Shown: piece after piece, positions 48,601 through 60,216 of the stretch | How positions within the stretch are numbered: the first letter of the stretch is position 1 | How the letters are laid out: each line of letters begins with the position of its first letter | Made by a program: the position numbers and the translations under genes | NCBI RefSeq assembly: GCF_052425735.1 | Contig: NC_135760.1 | Coordinates: forward strand, 29,884,001-29,948,000 | Direction of reading: 5' to 3' | DNA from: Oculina patagonica | Lineage: Eukaryota | DNA length: 64,000 nt | Notes under the pieces: generated by a model | Seen by the model: only the letters and a program-made list of their open reading frames with translations | What the model was told of the DNA's origin: nothing | The model's database searches: none

Positions 48601-51600
48601 TTTATGTAAAAATGAAGCACTGATCATTCATAACATAACATTATATACATGTACAGTAATGCCTTGTCCAAACTTATCCTGAAAGTAAACATTCTTAATC
48701 AATTTTAGAAAATAAGAGCCTGTTTCCAAATTTTAGGCTTAATAGGTTCATGTAAAAGGGGATCTAATATGTAAATTTTAGCCTAACAGGTTTTTAAATG
48801 TTAGGTTCTTACTCGCGGGTTCTTACTGTTACAGTAGCTTTTCTGTTCTGTACTCCTGATAATATGTCATATTTGAAAAACAAATCAAAAACATGTTTGT
48901 TCTGATTGGTTAGAGCTCTTCTCTAAGGTGCAGAATTGCAGAAATTTAATTACTATCACCAATACCTACATTCCTATTTTATTAAAAAACTATCCAGAGC
49001 CCATTGAATCGCTGTTAGCAATTCCAAAGCTTTAATACCTGAGTTCTTAAGATCAATCAGAGATCAGCAAACACAATTGTGTTGTTCCAGCAAATATCCA
49101 CCCCTCCCATGCAGGGTTCTCCCACACCCCTATTGATAAATTCCAGTTTTGGTTCATACTTTCCTTTAAAAATGTTGGCTTTTGAGACACCCCTCCCCCT
49201 TAAAATTTTCAGTGATCCTCCTTGGAGTGGGTGTATATATTTTTGGGGTTCTGCACATTCAATCACAGCAATCATACACCACTCTTGAAAATTCAAAAAT
49301 AAATTGAGGAAAATAAACACAAGCCACATTCTGGGTGAATAAAAGCTTACCCTGCTCTTGAAGGAAAACTCGTTTCAAAATCCTTTATTTTTCTTTCCAG
49401 TTCAGAGATCTTCAACTGAAGTTTATGAGTCTTATCTTTCTGTTCATCAGTTAATGGTCCATTCTGAAATCTATGCGTGAAAAAGTGACATCAATTTAAG
49501 TAACATTATTTGAGAGGAAAGAAGAGAACTGTAAAAAGTAGGTAAAAGGTAGACTCTGTGGTCCGTCAGGCTGGAGCTTATCCCGGTTTTAGTAGCTACT
49601 CCCCCCTGGATGGGATGCTAGTCCATTGCAGGGTTACCCCGCAGCATTCAAGTTGCCGGTACCCATTTATACACGTGGGTGGAGAGAGGCACTGTGAGAG
49701 TAAAGTGTCTTGCCCAAGAACACAACACAATGACCCAGGCCAGGGCTCAAACTCGGACCTCCTGATCCGGAGTCCAACACACTACATAGACCACCATGCC
49801 TCCCTGTAAAAAGTACAGCATCATAAATATGAGACGTTTAACATACCGTCGCAGTGACTCCTGGAAATCCCTGAGTTTTCTTTTCTGCTGGTTTACTGCA
49901 GAGACACAGGATTTTTGACTTGAATGAAACTCGTCCATTTTCTGCTGATAGTCTTGCAACTTGGTTTGCTAAAATCATGAAGAAAAGTGAATGACTGAAA
50001 AATTGAATAATAAAATTAAGGTGCCAGCCAAATGCAAACCTTTGTTTTAAAGACAACAGGACGGTCAGTAACATATTAAAAATGGCCAGAGAAGACCTGA
50101 TCATGAGTAAAAAACATACAAGCTCTTAAGATTCCAATAATTGGAATCTCTATTGAGTTGTGTATATACTAGTTATGCAACGCTTTCGAGTGGCATACTA
50201 TGGAATATCCCACGAGTCACTTGTATTTTCTCGGTATACACACGAGCCTTTAGGCGAGTGTGTATACGAAGAAAATACAAGTGACAAGTGGGATATTCCA
50301 TAGTATACCACGAGAAAGTGTTGTGTAACTATTTTATACCATGCCATAGAAAATACGCTCACTAAATTTCATCGAGAATAAGATCGCAGCGCACGATGGG
50401 AAGGTTGGGTTGAATACCGTCGAATATACAACGGCTTTCCTGTATTCTGATTGGCTGTATTTTCTATGGCATGGTATAAAGAGCTGTATTGAACACCCAC
50501 CTAGAATACTACTAGCTACATGTATGAGTGAAAATAAGGTCTCTATAAATTTAATATTTGTTATCAAAAGGTCATGGATAGTAATGTAATACATTTAATT
50601 ACATTTTCCAAGTAAAGGGAATGTACTTTTAGGAGCATTGGCTGGTTTGGTATTTTGGAATTTACAAATTTCTCTTACTAACATTTTTTGCAGTCACCAT
50701 GTTCCAACAAGTTTTTTAAAGAGGAGAGGGGAGCCTAAGGGAGAAAAGATGCCAAATTCTAAGTTCTGCTCTTCTATAAATCACCAGTCAAATTTCTACT
50801 ACCTACAGTTAAATAATGAGTTACATTGTTTTAAGGTCGCAGGGGATACCTACAGCATGAATAAATCCATGAAGCGAAATTTTGCTTGACCTGTATCTTT
50901 TAAAACGCTTATTTCTCGGCTGTTATGGGTGCGATTAAGCTCAAATTTTACAGAGACATAAAGAAATGATAAAAGATTATGTATGTCTTCTTTTGTGTGG
51001 TAGATTGTACTTAGCGGCGATGTAATAGCCACGTTTGTGCCAAATTGGGAAGAACATCATTTTGTGGCAGAGTTTGCGGAACGAATACGAGACAGCACAC
51101 TGTGAGCTTGTCAAAAAATGATCAGTCAATATCTCTAGAGTGTCATAACAGAAGCGGATTTTTTAATTTAAAATTTGCCAGCAAGTTATGGCGGTTTAAA
51201 TGTGCAAATTTTTATTTAATGCCTTCTACCTCTTTCTAAAAGCGCTCATTTAAAATTCCGCCTCTGTTATGACACTCTACAATATCCATAGTTTACCTAT
51301 CTGCAGTGGCAAGTCATGAAGGTCTGTATCCGCGCTGTATTCTCTGCCACAAAATTGTCGGAAAAGTCCAAACTTTGAGATTTCCGAAGGTGTCCCGACC
51401 AAAACACGATCAGTTTCCAAAGGAGAGATGTAATTATGGTAATTATATTCCACGCTTTTATGGTGAGAACAATGCGTTTTTTATGAAGGACACGATTGTT
51501 TATGCCGAATATTATTGTGATTACTCTGAGTTGCAGAAACATTCAAATTTGAATAAAAATCAGCTCATAGACTTCCTACAATCTATATAAACGTATAACG

Positions 51601-52589
51601 CCAAGTGTTGTTTTAAATTGGTTAAAATATCAAAGAAAAAGGATTTTTTTTTAAAAAAAAATCACGCGCACGCACCCATATTTTTATCCAGTCATGAATA
51701 TCTCGTAAAGTTGACGATGTCCGTCGTTGCACTTCGTGCATACGCTTTAAATAAATGCATAATGATGAGCCTAAGGTGTCCCCCGCGACCTTAAAGGTAA
51801 CAAAAATCAGATGAGAAGAATAACCACTCTTTTTGGTTGTGTGTGGAAATTACACACCTGGAACCTTTGTGTGATACCATGAATGACCATAATTTTTATA
51901 AGTTAGCTTTTCTCATAAAGAAAGTACGCTTCTCACAACGAAAGTAAGCTTATAATCACTGCCAATCCATGAAAAGGTGAATTGTAGGCAAGACTTATCT
52001 CTGCTTTTCATTCCTGGACAAAAGGTCAAATTCATCCCGATCTCCAGACTTGAATTGCAAAGATAAAATGATGTTCAATACCAAAAAATATATTCACTGA
52101 CTTATCTAAAAGCGTCGTCTATAATGAAAAGGAAAAGTAAAAAGCGTATATAAATCGACGGTCAAATGGTCAGTTTTAATACATTGTATTTGGTGAAGCA
52201 GGTTTATATTTTTACAATGCATGGTTTCATAAATTATTTAGGATGCCCCTTTGCGTTAACACGCGGCGTCAAATCTTTGTAGCAAATTTAAAATAACTCA
52301 CAGTTAAAACCGTTCTTAATTACGTTATCTGAAACAAGACGAAGCAATTTTTCAATTAAAAAAAAAATTGTTTATGCATGCAGGAACTTATCTTGTCCGC
52401 GCGGGTACCGCTAAATGGACACCGCGTTCACCACAATGTCAAATGAGGTCTTTTTTAGCCACTGATCATAACTACTGTTAAACAACGACATAAAAATCTT
52501 AAAACCTTGAACTTCTGGGTCTCCTGTTCTAAGGCATTCCATTCTTCTTCCCATTCTTGAAGACTTGAAATCTCGGCAATGGCCGCCAT
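39495..52589 (-). CDS. TMEM120: TMEM120 (TACAN family) membrane protein, 346 aa; 12 exons: 52589-52506, 49968-49847, 49470-49351, 48170-48117, 47003-46908, 44653-44564, 44408-44343, 43383-43322, 42124-42032, 40949-40885, 40599-40531, 39614-39495
   Basis: N-terminal coiled coil; [93 protein letters not shown]..FAGN. All introns GT-AG; 1041 nt in frame. Confidence 0.95.
41489..41867. mobile_element. Kolobok-like MITE (TTAA TSD)
   Basis: ttaa|aggggctctgtcacg ... cgtgacatagcccct|ttaa; same TIR family as 53202-53580 and 54562-54770. Confidence 0.75.
42558..42610. repeat. (TTGA)n microsatellite
   Basis: About 13 tandem ttga units; similar arrays at ~53114-53135 and ~60141-60213. Confidence 0.9.
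44914..46582. mobile_element. ~1.67-kb foldback transposon (almost wholly palindromic, TTAA TSD) in TMEM120 intron 5
   Basis: ttaa|ggtggc..cctatttatttacgtgatggttgc ... gcaaccatcacgtaaataaatagg..gccacc|ttaa; arms of about 800 bp pair almost to the centre (~45720-45785). Confidence 0.88.
47110..47532. mobile_element. TA-flanked MITE with GGGCGCTTATT subrepeats
   Basis: ta|ccatatttattcgattaagcgccc ... gggcgcttaatcgaataaatatgg|ta. Confidence 0.8.
49541..49805 (-). mobile_element. tRNA-derived SINE; further copies at ~54343-54530 (truncated) and ~60898-61205
   Basis: Minus strand has A/B-box-like motifs followed by cttgggcaagacactttactctcacagtgcctctctcc and a tttacc tail; the three copies align. 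Confidence 0.75.
50835..51790. mobile_element. Kolobok-like non-autonomous element (TTAA TSD) with an internal hairpin MITE (~51137-51278)
   Basis: ttaa|ggtcgcaggggatacct ... aggtgtcccccgcgacc|ttaa. Confidence 0.7.
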
Positions 52590-52608
52590 ATTGGCGAGAC
52601 GTGAAAAG

Positions 52609-53108
52609 NNNNNNNNNNNNNNNNNNNNNNNNNNNNNNNNNNNNNNNNNNNNNNNNNNNNNNNNNNNNNNNNNNNNNNNNNNNNNNNNNNNNNNNNNNNN
52701 NNNNNNNNNNNNNNNNNNNNNNNNNNNNNNNNNNNNNNNNNNNNNNNNNNNNNNNNNNNNNNNNNNNNNNNNNNNNNNNNNNNNNNNNNNNNNNNNNNNN
52801 NNNNNNNNNNNNNNNNNNNNNNNNNNNNNNNNNNNNNNNNNNNNNNNNNNNNNNNNNNNNNNNNNNNNNNNNNNNNNNNNNNNNNNNNNNNNNNNNNNNN
52901 NNNNNNNNNNNNNNNNNNNNNNNNNNNNNNNNNNNNNNNNNNNNNNNNNNNNNNNNNNNNNNNNNNNNNNNNNNNNNNNNNNNNNNNNNNNNNNNNNNNN
53001 NNNNNNNNNNNNNNNNNNNNNNNNNNNNNNNNNNNNNNNNNNNNNNNNNNNNNNNNNNNNNNNNNNNNNNNNNNNNNNNNNNNNNNNNNNNNNNNNNNNN
53101 NNNNNNNN
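52609..53108. other. Assembly gap (500 N)
   Basis: Run of N; begins 19 nt upstream of the TMEM120 ATG. Confidence 1.
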
Positions 53109-53201
53109 TTTAGTGATTGATTGACTGATTGTTTGAATGATAAATCGATTGATCGGATTACACCTGCCTACTATATGGTTTTACATTCTTTAAAGACTTA
53201 A

Positions 53202-53580
53202 GGGACTATGTCACGGGAATTTCGCTGATTTTTGGTCTAAACTGTTCTGATATAAGTGGCAGGCAACTTTACCCATGAAAACCATTATCTTTGAACATTA
53301 ACTGAAGGTATAACCTTTATTTGGGGATAGAATTGAATTCAAAATTCCGCTATCGATATTTTTGAAGACGTGAGGAAACAATTTGAATGGTTAAGCGTTA
53401 ATTTTTCGAACTGCAATCCACTTTCATCCGAGCCATCCGCAGCCATAGACGCTTGTTAACAGTTTCATTGCTCTAATCTAGCAATTTTTAACAAAAATGG
53501 ACCATTATTTTTATGTTTCCTACGACACAAATATAAATTTTGGCTGTTCAAAAAGCTGTTAAAATCCGTGACATAGTCCC
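53202..53580. mobile_element. Kolobok-like MITE in the intron of CTHRC1-like copy 1
   Basis: TIRs gggactatgtcacgg / ccgtgacatagtccc with TTAA flanks; absent from the homologous intron of copy 2 (~60280). Confidence 0.8.
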
Positions 53581-53660
53581 TTTAAAACTTCTTCTTGCGC
53601 GTAATTCTTTTGTAAGTTGAACCAGTATTTCTGAATAATATTCACTTTTTTCTGCTTCAG

Positions 53661-54011
53661 GAATGTTATTTTAACAAGTTACGCAGCAATACGGCGCTTA
53701 GAGTCTCCTACCAGGGAAACGCTCAAGTCATAACTAATGGTGCTTGCAACAGATGGTATTTCAAGTTTGACGGCAATGAATGCAGTGGTCCTACGACAAT
53801 TGATTCAGTCATTTACAATCGCTGGGATGGTGGGTTTTCTGATATTAACCGTAATCATTTCTTTGAAGGTTACTGCGAGAACCTTGCACGGGGCACGGTT
53901 AGAGTTGAACTCTGGGTAGGCAAGTGCTCTGGTCAACCACTGGGTAACGCTTACACAGGGTGGAATTCAGTGTCCCGGATAATGATTGAAGAAGTACCGC
54001 CATCCCAGTAG
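53661..54011 (+). CDS. CTHRC1 C-terminal-domain protein, copy 1: last exon only (upstream exon probably in the gap)
   Basis: Acceptor cag|gaatgt; open 116 codons plus stop: ECYFNKLRSNTALRVSYQG..CNRWYFKFDGNECSGP..EGYCE..WVGKC..YTGWNSVSRIMIEEVPPSQ*. Confidence 0.85.
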   Translation, partial: ECYFNKLRSNTALRVSYQGNAQVITNGACNRWYFKFDGNECSGPTTIDSVIYNRWDGGFSDINRNHFFEGYCENLARGTVRVELWVGKCSGQPLGNAYTGWNSVSRIMIEEVPPSQ

Positions 54012-54561
54012 TGCTGTTTATAATCAGAACTGAGATAACAATGAGTTCAAGTAGTAAATGTTTTAAAACTGAGTGATAATATCACAGTCAATTTTTGCAA
54101 GAATATTCCTGATATATTCTTTTCATAACATGACATTTGCATGCAGGTTTCCGTTAAGCTTGTTTCTCTTGATGTTTTGTGATGGTATTATTCATATTCT
54201 TAAGATTTACATCTTTCTATAATTTAAAGTTAATGATCGAGTACTATGAAAGAAAAATGTAATATCAGACTGAAGCTGTGGGTACAATAAAACCTACTTA
54301 ATGTTTACCTTTGTTTTGTAGTCCCAGTCCCTTTGCTTATCAAAGTAAAAGGTAAAGCCGCATTCGAGCCGAACTGGCCTCCTCTTTCGGAGCTTATCTC
54401 AGTTTCTGTAGCACAAAGCAACTAGGAGTATTGTTACCCCCACCCCCTCAATACTAGGAGTATTGTTACCCCACCCCCACCCCCATATTTTCCATTTACA
54501 CGGAGGAACCATCAGTGTATAGTGTCATGCCCAACCTAGTTGTGTTTCCTGGCGTATTTAA

Positions 54562-54770
54562 AGGAGCTATGTCACGGCATTTTAAGTCATTTTTCTGATA
54601 ACGCTCAAATTGAAAAATACCTCAAAATAATAGATAATCGACAACAGAGAAATAAAACCCAAAAATAAACAAGTGTTGTTTCAACTGACGAAGATTAACA
54701 CAGATTACGAATGAAAAACTTGAAAAAAAATGTAATTTTTCCAAGATGCATTGTCCGTGACGTAGCTCCT
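54562..54770. mobile_element. Kolobok-like MITE (TTAA TSD)
   Basis: ttaa|aggagctatgtcacgg ... ccgtgacgtagctcct|ttaa. Confidence 0.75.
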
Positions 54771-56151
54771 TTAAAGTATCAGTACCTTTGGTACCGATAA
54801 AAATGGAACAATTAACTTATGATATCAATATCATGTGATCCAACGTGGTCTGTATTTTGCAAACAATGTCAGCAATGCATTTTATAAAACAAATGAATAC
54901 CAAGAAACCTATATAAGAAGAATGAATTGATTCCGCCTTGAGATTGGTAAGATACGTACAGTTAAATAGTCGATAGCAGAAAATTCCGTGGACGAATCGT
55001 TTAGCGTGACCCTTTTAACATAAGGGAAAAAGATAAATCACCATGCTTTTTCACGGGAAAAAAAATAACTTGATCTCTCTGACAAGCCTACAGTGATTGA
55101 CAAGAATTTTAAGACACTTTGGCAACGAAGTTTTAATTCATCGCAGTTCGCCAAGTCGCCAGCGAACAGATCAAGCAGATCAAGCGGGTGAAGTTTAGAT
55201 TTCATCAAAACAAAACACGATGTGCTGTTACCGGTGTTTGTCGAGCATCCTGAATCAAACTCAAACTCTTCTGATGTGGTCTCTTTTAGCAGAGAAGTTG
55301 TGGTACCGTAATGATTCGATTTAGCGCCTCGGGTGCTTATTTACTTTTGGCACCTCAAGGGAGGGTTAATTCCCGCTACGCGGTAAAGAGGTGTGTGTAT
55401 TTTGAGAATCAAACAGCTCTGGGGGTCATTTTCCCTCCCTCGAGGCTTTAGTCACTTGTGAATGTTCAATAAACTAAACTGATATCTGCTTTCTTTTCTA
55501 TACGCGCAAGTATACGGTGGAGTGCAAACAAAGTCAACAATTATATGAAGCTTACACACTTAATTAACACGTAAATAAGAATTTTTTTCAGCTTACCTGA
55601 ACAGCAGCATAAAGCAGTTAATACATGTTGTTCCTTCCAAACAGTGCAGACAGCTCAATCGATGTATGAATACACGCTCAGTCGAGTTCCCTGCCAGGTT
55701 GATTCGACATCAAGGAACAATTTCTACTTCTAAGCGATCACCAGATTACAGAAGACGTTTTTTCTAGAAACTGACTGGCACAACGAAAAGATATCTGTAC
55801 TTCGAAAATTCAGATTTTAACGCTTCAAGATGTTTAACGAACTCTTCGTCTTCACACCTTTCAAATAAACGGCGGGAGTCGGTGAATCAAAAGATTCAGC
55901 TTGAAGCAATTTGTTACTTCATGTACGAGTTAAGTCTTTTTAGACGCAAACCGCTGGTATTTTAGTATTGCGAGCCAAAATAAGTTTCTGCTTTCCCGTC
56001 GAGTTTCCGCCACTATATATATGCTTTAGACGATTTATGCCATTTATGGGGACCAACATTTCGTGGCTTGGAAAAATAGATCTTTTCACGGTTTCTGACG
56101 CCATCTTGGTTGGGGGGCAAACACGACAAAATTCACACTGCTTACGCATTG

Positions 56152-56476
56152 TGTAAAGAATCGTAAAGGGGCGTAAACAAGCGCGTAAAGAATCGTATAG
56201 GTACGTAAAGAAGCGGGTAAAGAATCGTAAAGGTGTGTAAAGAAAGGCGTAAAGAATCGTAAAGGTGCGTAAAGAATCATAAAGGTGCGTAAACAAGCGC
56301 GTAAAGAATCGTAAAGGTGCGAAAAGAAGCGCGTAAAGAATCGATAAGTGCGTAAACAAGCGCGTAAAGAATCGTAAAGGTGCGTAAAGAAGCGCGCAAA
56401 GAATCGTAAAAGTGCGTAAACAAGCGCGTAAAGAATCGTAAAGGTGCGTAAAGAAGCGAGTAAAGGTGCGTAAACA
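56152..56476. repeat. Minisatellite, ~32-bp unit GCGTAAAGAATCGTAAAGGTGCGTAAACAAGC
   Basis: About 10 imperfect tandem units built from CGTAAA cores; accounts for the spurious ORFs at 55940-56554. Confidence 0.9.
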
Positions 56477-59461
56477 GCAACTAGACAGCAACTGCAGTTG
56501 CTGTCTAGTCAGCAACCAATAGAAAAGTGCAACAACAGTTTTAGCATATCCCACGTCGTCAAATGGGTTTTAAAATAACCGTCCTTATTTTAGTCGGTTC
56601 AGACTGTGTGTTTCCAAGAGAAAGTCAGGTAGGGTAAGATTAAGACTAAGCACTTTTTCAAATTTGTTCATGTTCTTTCTACGTATAACACTGCAACTTA
56701 ATCTGCGACCGTCCGGTTATGTTCTGCAGGTCAGACGATCATTTGCTTCATCTGAGGTAAACATTGATAAAAATCATTCAGCAAATACCCAAGGTAGGTA
56801 AGATCTCAGTAGTCCCGACAAAAACTACATAGATCGACGTGGTAAATGGTCCTTCAAACACTACATAGAACGACGTGGTAAATGGTCCTTCTAAAAAAGC
56901 GTATCGTAGAGTTTTGGCCAAATTTCAGGAGTATCGTCATTTCGAATTTTCCCCAACGCATTTTCGGAGCGTCGGGCTCGCAGAAAAGATATCAGTCTCG
57001 CCGGCTCAGAAAGTCTTGAACTTACAACTTACATACAACAATGTTGTTATGAAAAGATTATAAAAATATACTCTTGTTTTGTAATGTGCAGGGAATGGAA
57101 GGCGCGGTCAAATTGCGAGTGGCGGTCAAATTGCGAGTGAGCACATCTTGGAAACAATTCTCACCTCACTAATGTATCCTATGTATACAACAACTGCATA
57201 TTGGACTTCGAGAAAACAAGGGGCTGTAAAACTCATCGAATTTCGTACGCTAGATACAGGAGCATGACGCTAAAAAATAATAATAACCACTAGTGTATCA
57301 ACAACTATTTGGAACATTCTCTTTTGAAATACGCGCACAGAAGCACGCTTAAACACTTATCACGAAAGCACCGGTGAACAAAAGACGAGTGCGCGCAGTT
57401 GCATTAATAAAGGCACGCTGTATAAAGCGTAACAAGTTCAGCTGAAATCGCGGTTGAAGTGATCATTATGAGCAAAAATAGGTTCTGTTAGCTCTTTTTG
57501 TTTAACGTTGTTCATGCAAATGCCCTTCATAGTTTTTGGACCAGCGCGCTTAATTTCCACCGGCCAAACTAACTTTTTAGATATGACAAACCATTAGCAT
57601 AACTCGTTCTTTGGAACGTTTTATTTGTATAGATATATGTATACTAGAAGAGTTATGATCTTCTGAAGTCAGTTAAAATTTCGAGTCAAAATTCAATCGC
57701 GATAGCTGTATTTTTCAAACGGCTAAAAATTGGAAAAAAAAAACCTACGTCATCGACGTCGAATAGATAAACTCATGAACATTCACCGCACCCTACATGT
57801 ATATAATTACTGCAATTTGTTACTGTTAAAGTTTCTGTTATTGTTAGTTATTTTAATATTTATTAAAGTTTTGTTTTGAACATTTCGTTGTTTCTCAAAA
57901 GATTAAATAAGCTCCCTGTCTCGAATAAGCGCCCTCCCTTGAGGTTATATTTCGATCCAACTAACGAGTACGGGTTTATATAAACCCCAACCAAAATGCT
58001 ACCCACAGAATGTCTAACATGTGTATGTACGAGTTGCACTAGCGACTTAAAATACAAAAAACAAACTACCGGCAATTTTGCAACTGATGAGATCCATTTG
58101 GAGGATCGAAACCATGGTCTTGCCTGAGAAAAAAATTAATAGTGGCAATATACAACGCGTAAAACAGTCAATTGACTTTAATAATAGGCGTTAAATCTGT
58201 ACATTCAATTTGTGTGGTACCAAATCGTCACACAACGACCAAAGGAGGATTACAAGCATCTATTTAACTAAAAGCTCGTTTTAACTGATGCAAGAAACAA
58301 ATACTTCGCTTCAGGCGAACAGCTAAACACATTTTGGAGCTATATGCAAGCTACCGTAGTAGCCTCTGGACTTGGACAAACATAACATCCGTTATTTCAA
58401 GCGACACATAAGCTTACAACGGCTTTCACACAGTAATCAAAGAGCCGGGACCGGCTTTACACGCAATAAATGCAAGAAAGCTATGTTCTATACGGAATAT
58501 TTTTATATCCACTTCTTCCAGAGAGCACAATAGAGAACCAAAAACATGTCTTGAGACATAAACGGGCTAAACAAACTAACATAAATATCGCAAATTTACG
58601 AAGGTGTTTTTAAGCTCCACAGGGTGTAAACCCGACAGGAAATCAAATATTACCTCTGTAAATTTGCTAGAGTCTTACATAGTCAAAAGCTCTCTTCTGC
58701 TTCTGTAAGCCTCCTCACATTATAACATATATACTCGTTAGAGCAAAAATACAAAAGGTTTTCAAACGTTTCATAAGGGTAGAAGTTGTGCGGCCTGTCA
58801 ACCCTTGCTACTTCCTACCCAAAAGTAAATAAATCGAATCATTACGGTATTTACTTCGAGATGATATTTAGCTCGACAGCATGACCACAGGACAAATAAC
58901 AAACAGTGTAAAAATGAAACGAAGGCAAGCTTTCTTCTCTCTGAACTGGCGTGTTGAAAGCGCTCTATTTTGCGTAAATTCCATCCGCCATTTTTGGCTC
59001 CTCTGGGGTATTTCAAACTTTCCTGGATTTCACCAAAAATTCAACTCGCTGGAACTTTTTAACAATATTTTTGAAAATAGTTCACCAAATGGGTCTTTTG
59101 GATGAAATAAAAGAAAATCCTGTCGCGGGATTCTCGATAATTAGAGACAGTGACTCTTAAGAGCACGATATTGTTTTTATTCACTCGTAAATAAAACCGA
59201 TATCAAGCTCTTACATGTAGTAATCTATATATATCAGCTCTCATGCAGTCTACGTGCTTCTCAAAACGTTATTCTTGCCATGTAGCTTCATATGTCAATC
59301 ATAGGGACAGCGACCAATCAAAGCAGGGTAAATTCCCGATACGCGGAAAAGAGGTGTGTGTATCTTGAGAACCATAAAAAAACTTCTTAATTTTCAATTC
59401 CGAAGGTCTTGCCAGTTGTAGACGAGTTGGCCAGTTCTCAACACTGTAAAGTGAGCAAATC

Positions 59462-60177
59462 ATGTTTGTTGTCTTCTTTTCCTCCGTTTTCGCCGTTTTT
59501 CTGCTGTGTCCAAGGACCCCCGTCAGTGGACAACTGGCGAACTGGAAACAATGTGCATGGGAAGAAGGAACGGACACGGACTTCGGGAAAATAAAGGTTA
59601 GTAACAGTTTTGGTTTTATTGACTTCCTCAGCTCAAGTGCGGTTTCCAATATAATAATGAAAGTTCCAGTGATCCTATTATTAAAGGTCAGATAAGGTAA
59701 AGGCTAGCGACCGCGGACAATTGCAGCTGAAAATAAAATATGTCCTATCTACTAATTGTCATGCAGAACTCCCAGAAAAGAGATAACAAATTTGTACGGC
59801 ATCAATTGGAAACCAAACTGGGGTAAATTTGGCGATGGTCTACTAAAGAAAAATGGAGTTTCGTTGAGCGTGCATGATAAAAGTTACGTGACTAAGATGT
59901 TACTGTTTTATCTATACGATAATTGTGTGAAATGAAAGTATAAGTCAAATAAGAATACAGTGTTTCTTTCCTTGAGCACGCCCTAGTTAGCAGGTGGCTG
60001 TTTCTACAAACTGAGCAAATTAAAAACAAGCGACAGGGGGGACGAACTAGCAACGAGTTAGTCTTATAACGTTTTTCTGCCGGGTTCTACTAAAAACTGA
60101 CGTGTCTATTTCCCTGGACTCGTTGAATGACTCGTTTTGTGATTGATTGACTGATTGATTGATTGATTGATTGACTG

Positions 60178-60216
<39 letters not shown>

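Noticed and set aside
52565-53124. ORFs made of X residues
   Set aside because: Artefact of the N gap. The gap also means TMEM120-CTHRC1 adjacency is unproven.
55940-56554. 204-aa minus-strand ORF and overlapping ORFs
   Set aside because: Translation of a stop-free minisatellite strand; no domain or splice support.
54800-59300. Autonomous transposase or other gene between the CTHRC1-like copies
   Set aside because: No long ORF or recognisable catalytic motif on either strand; only repeat fragments.
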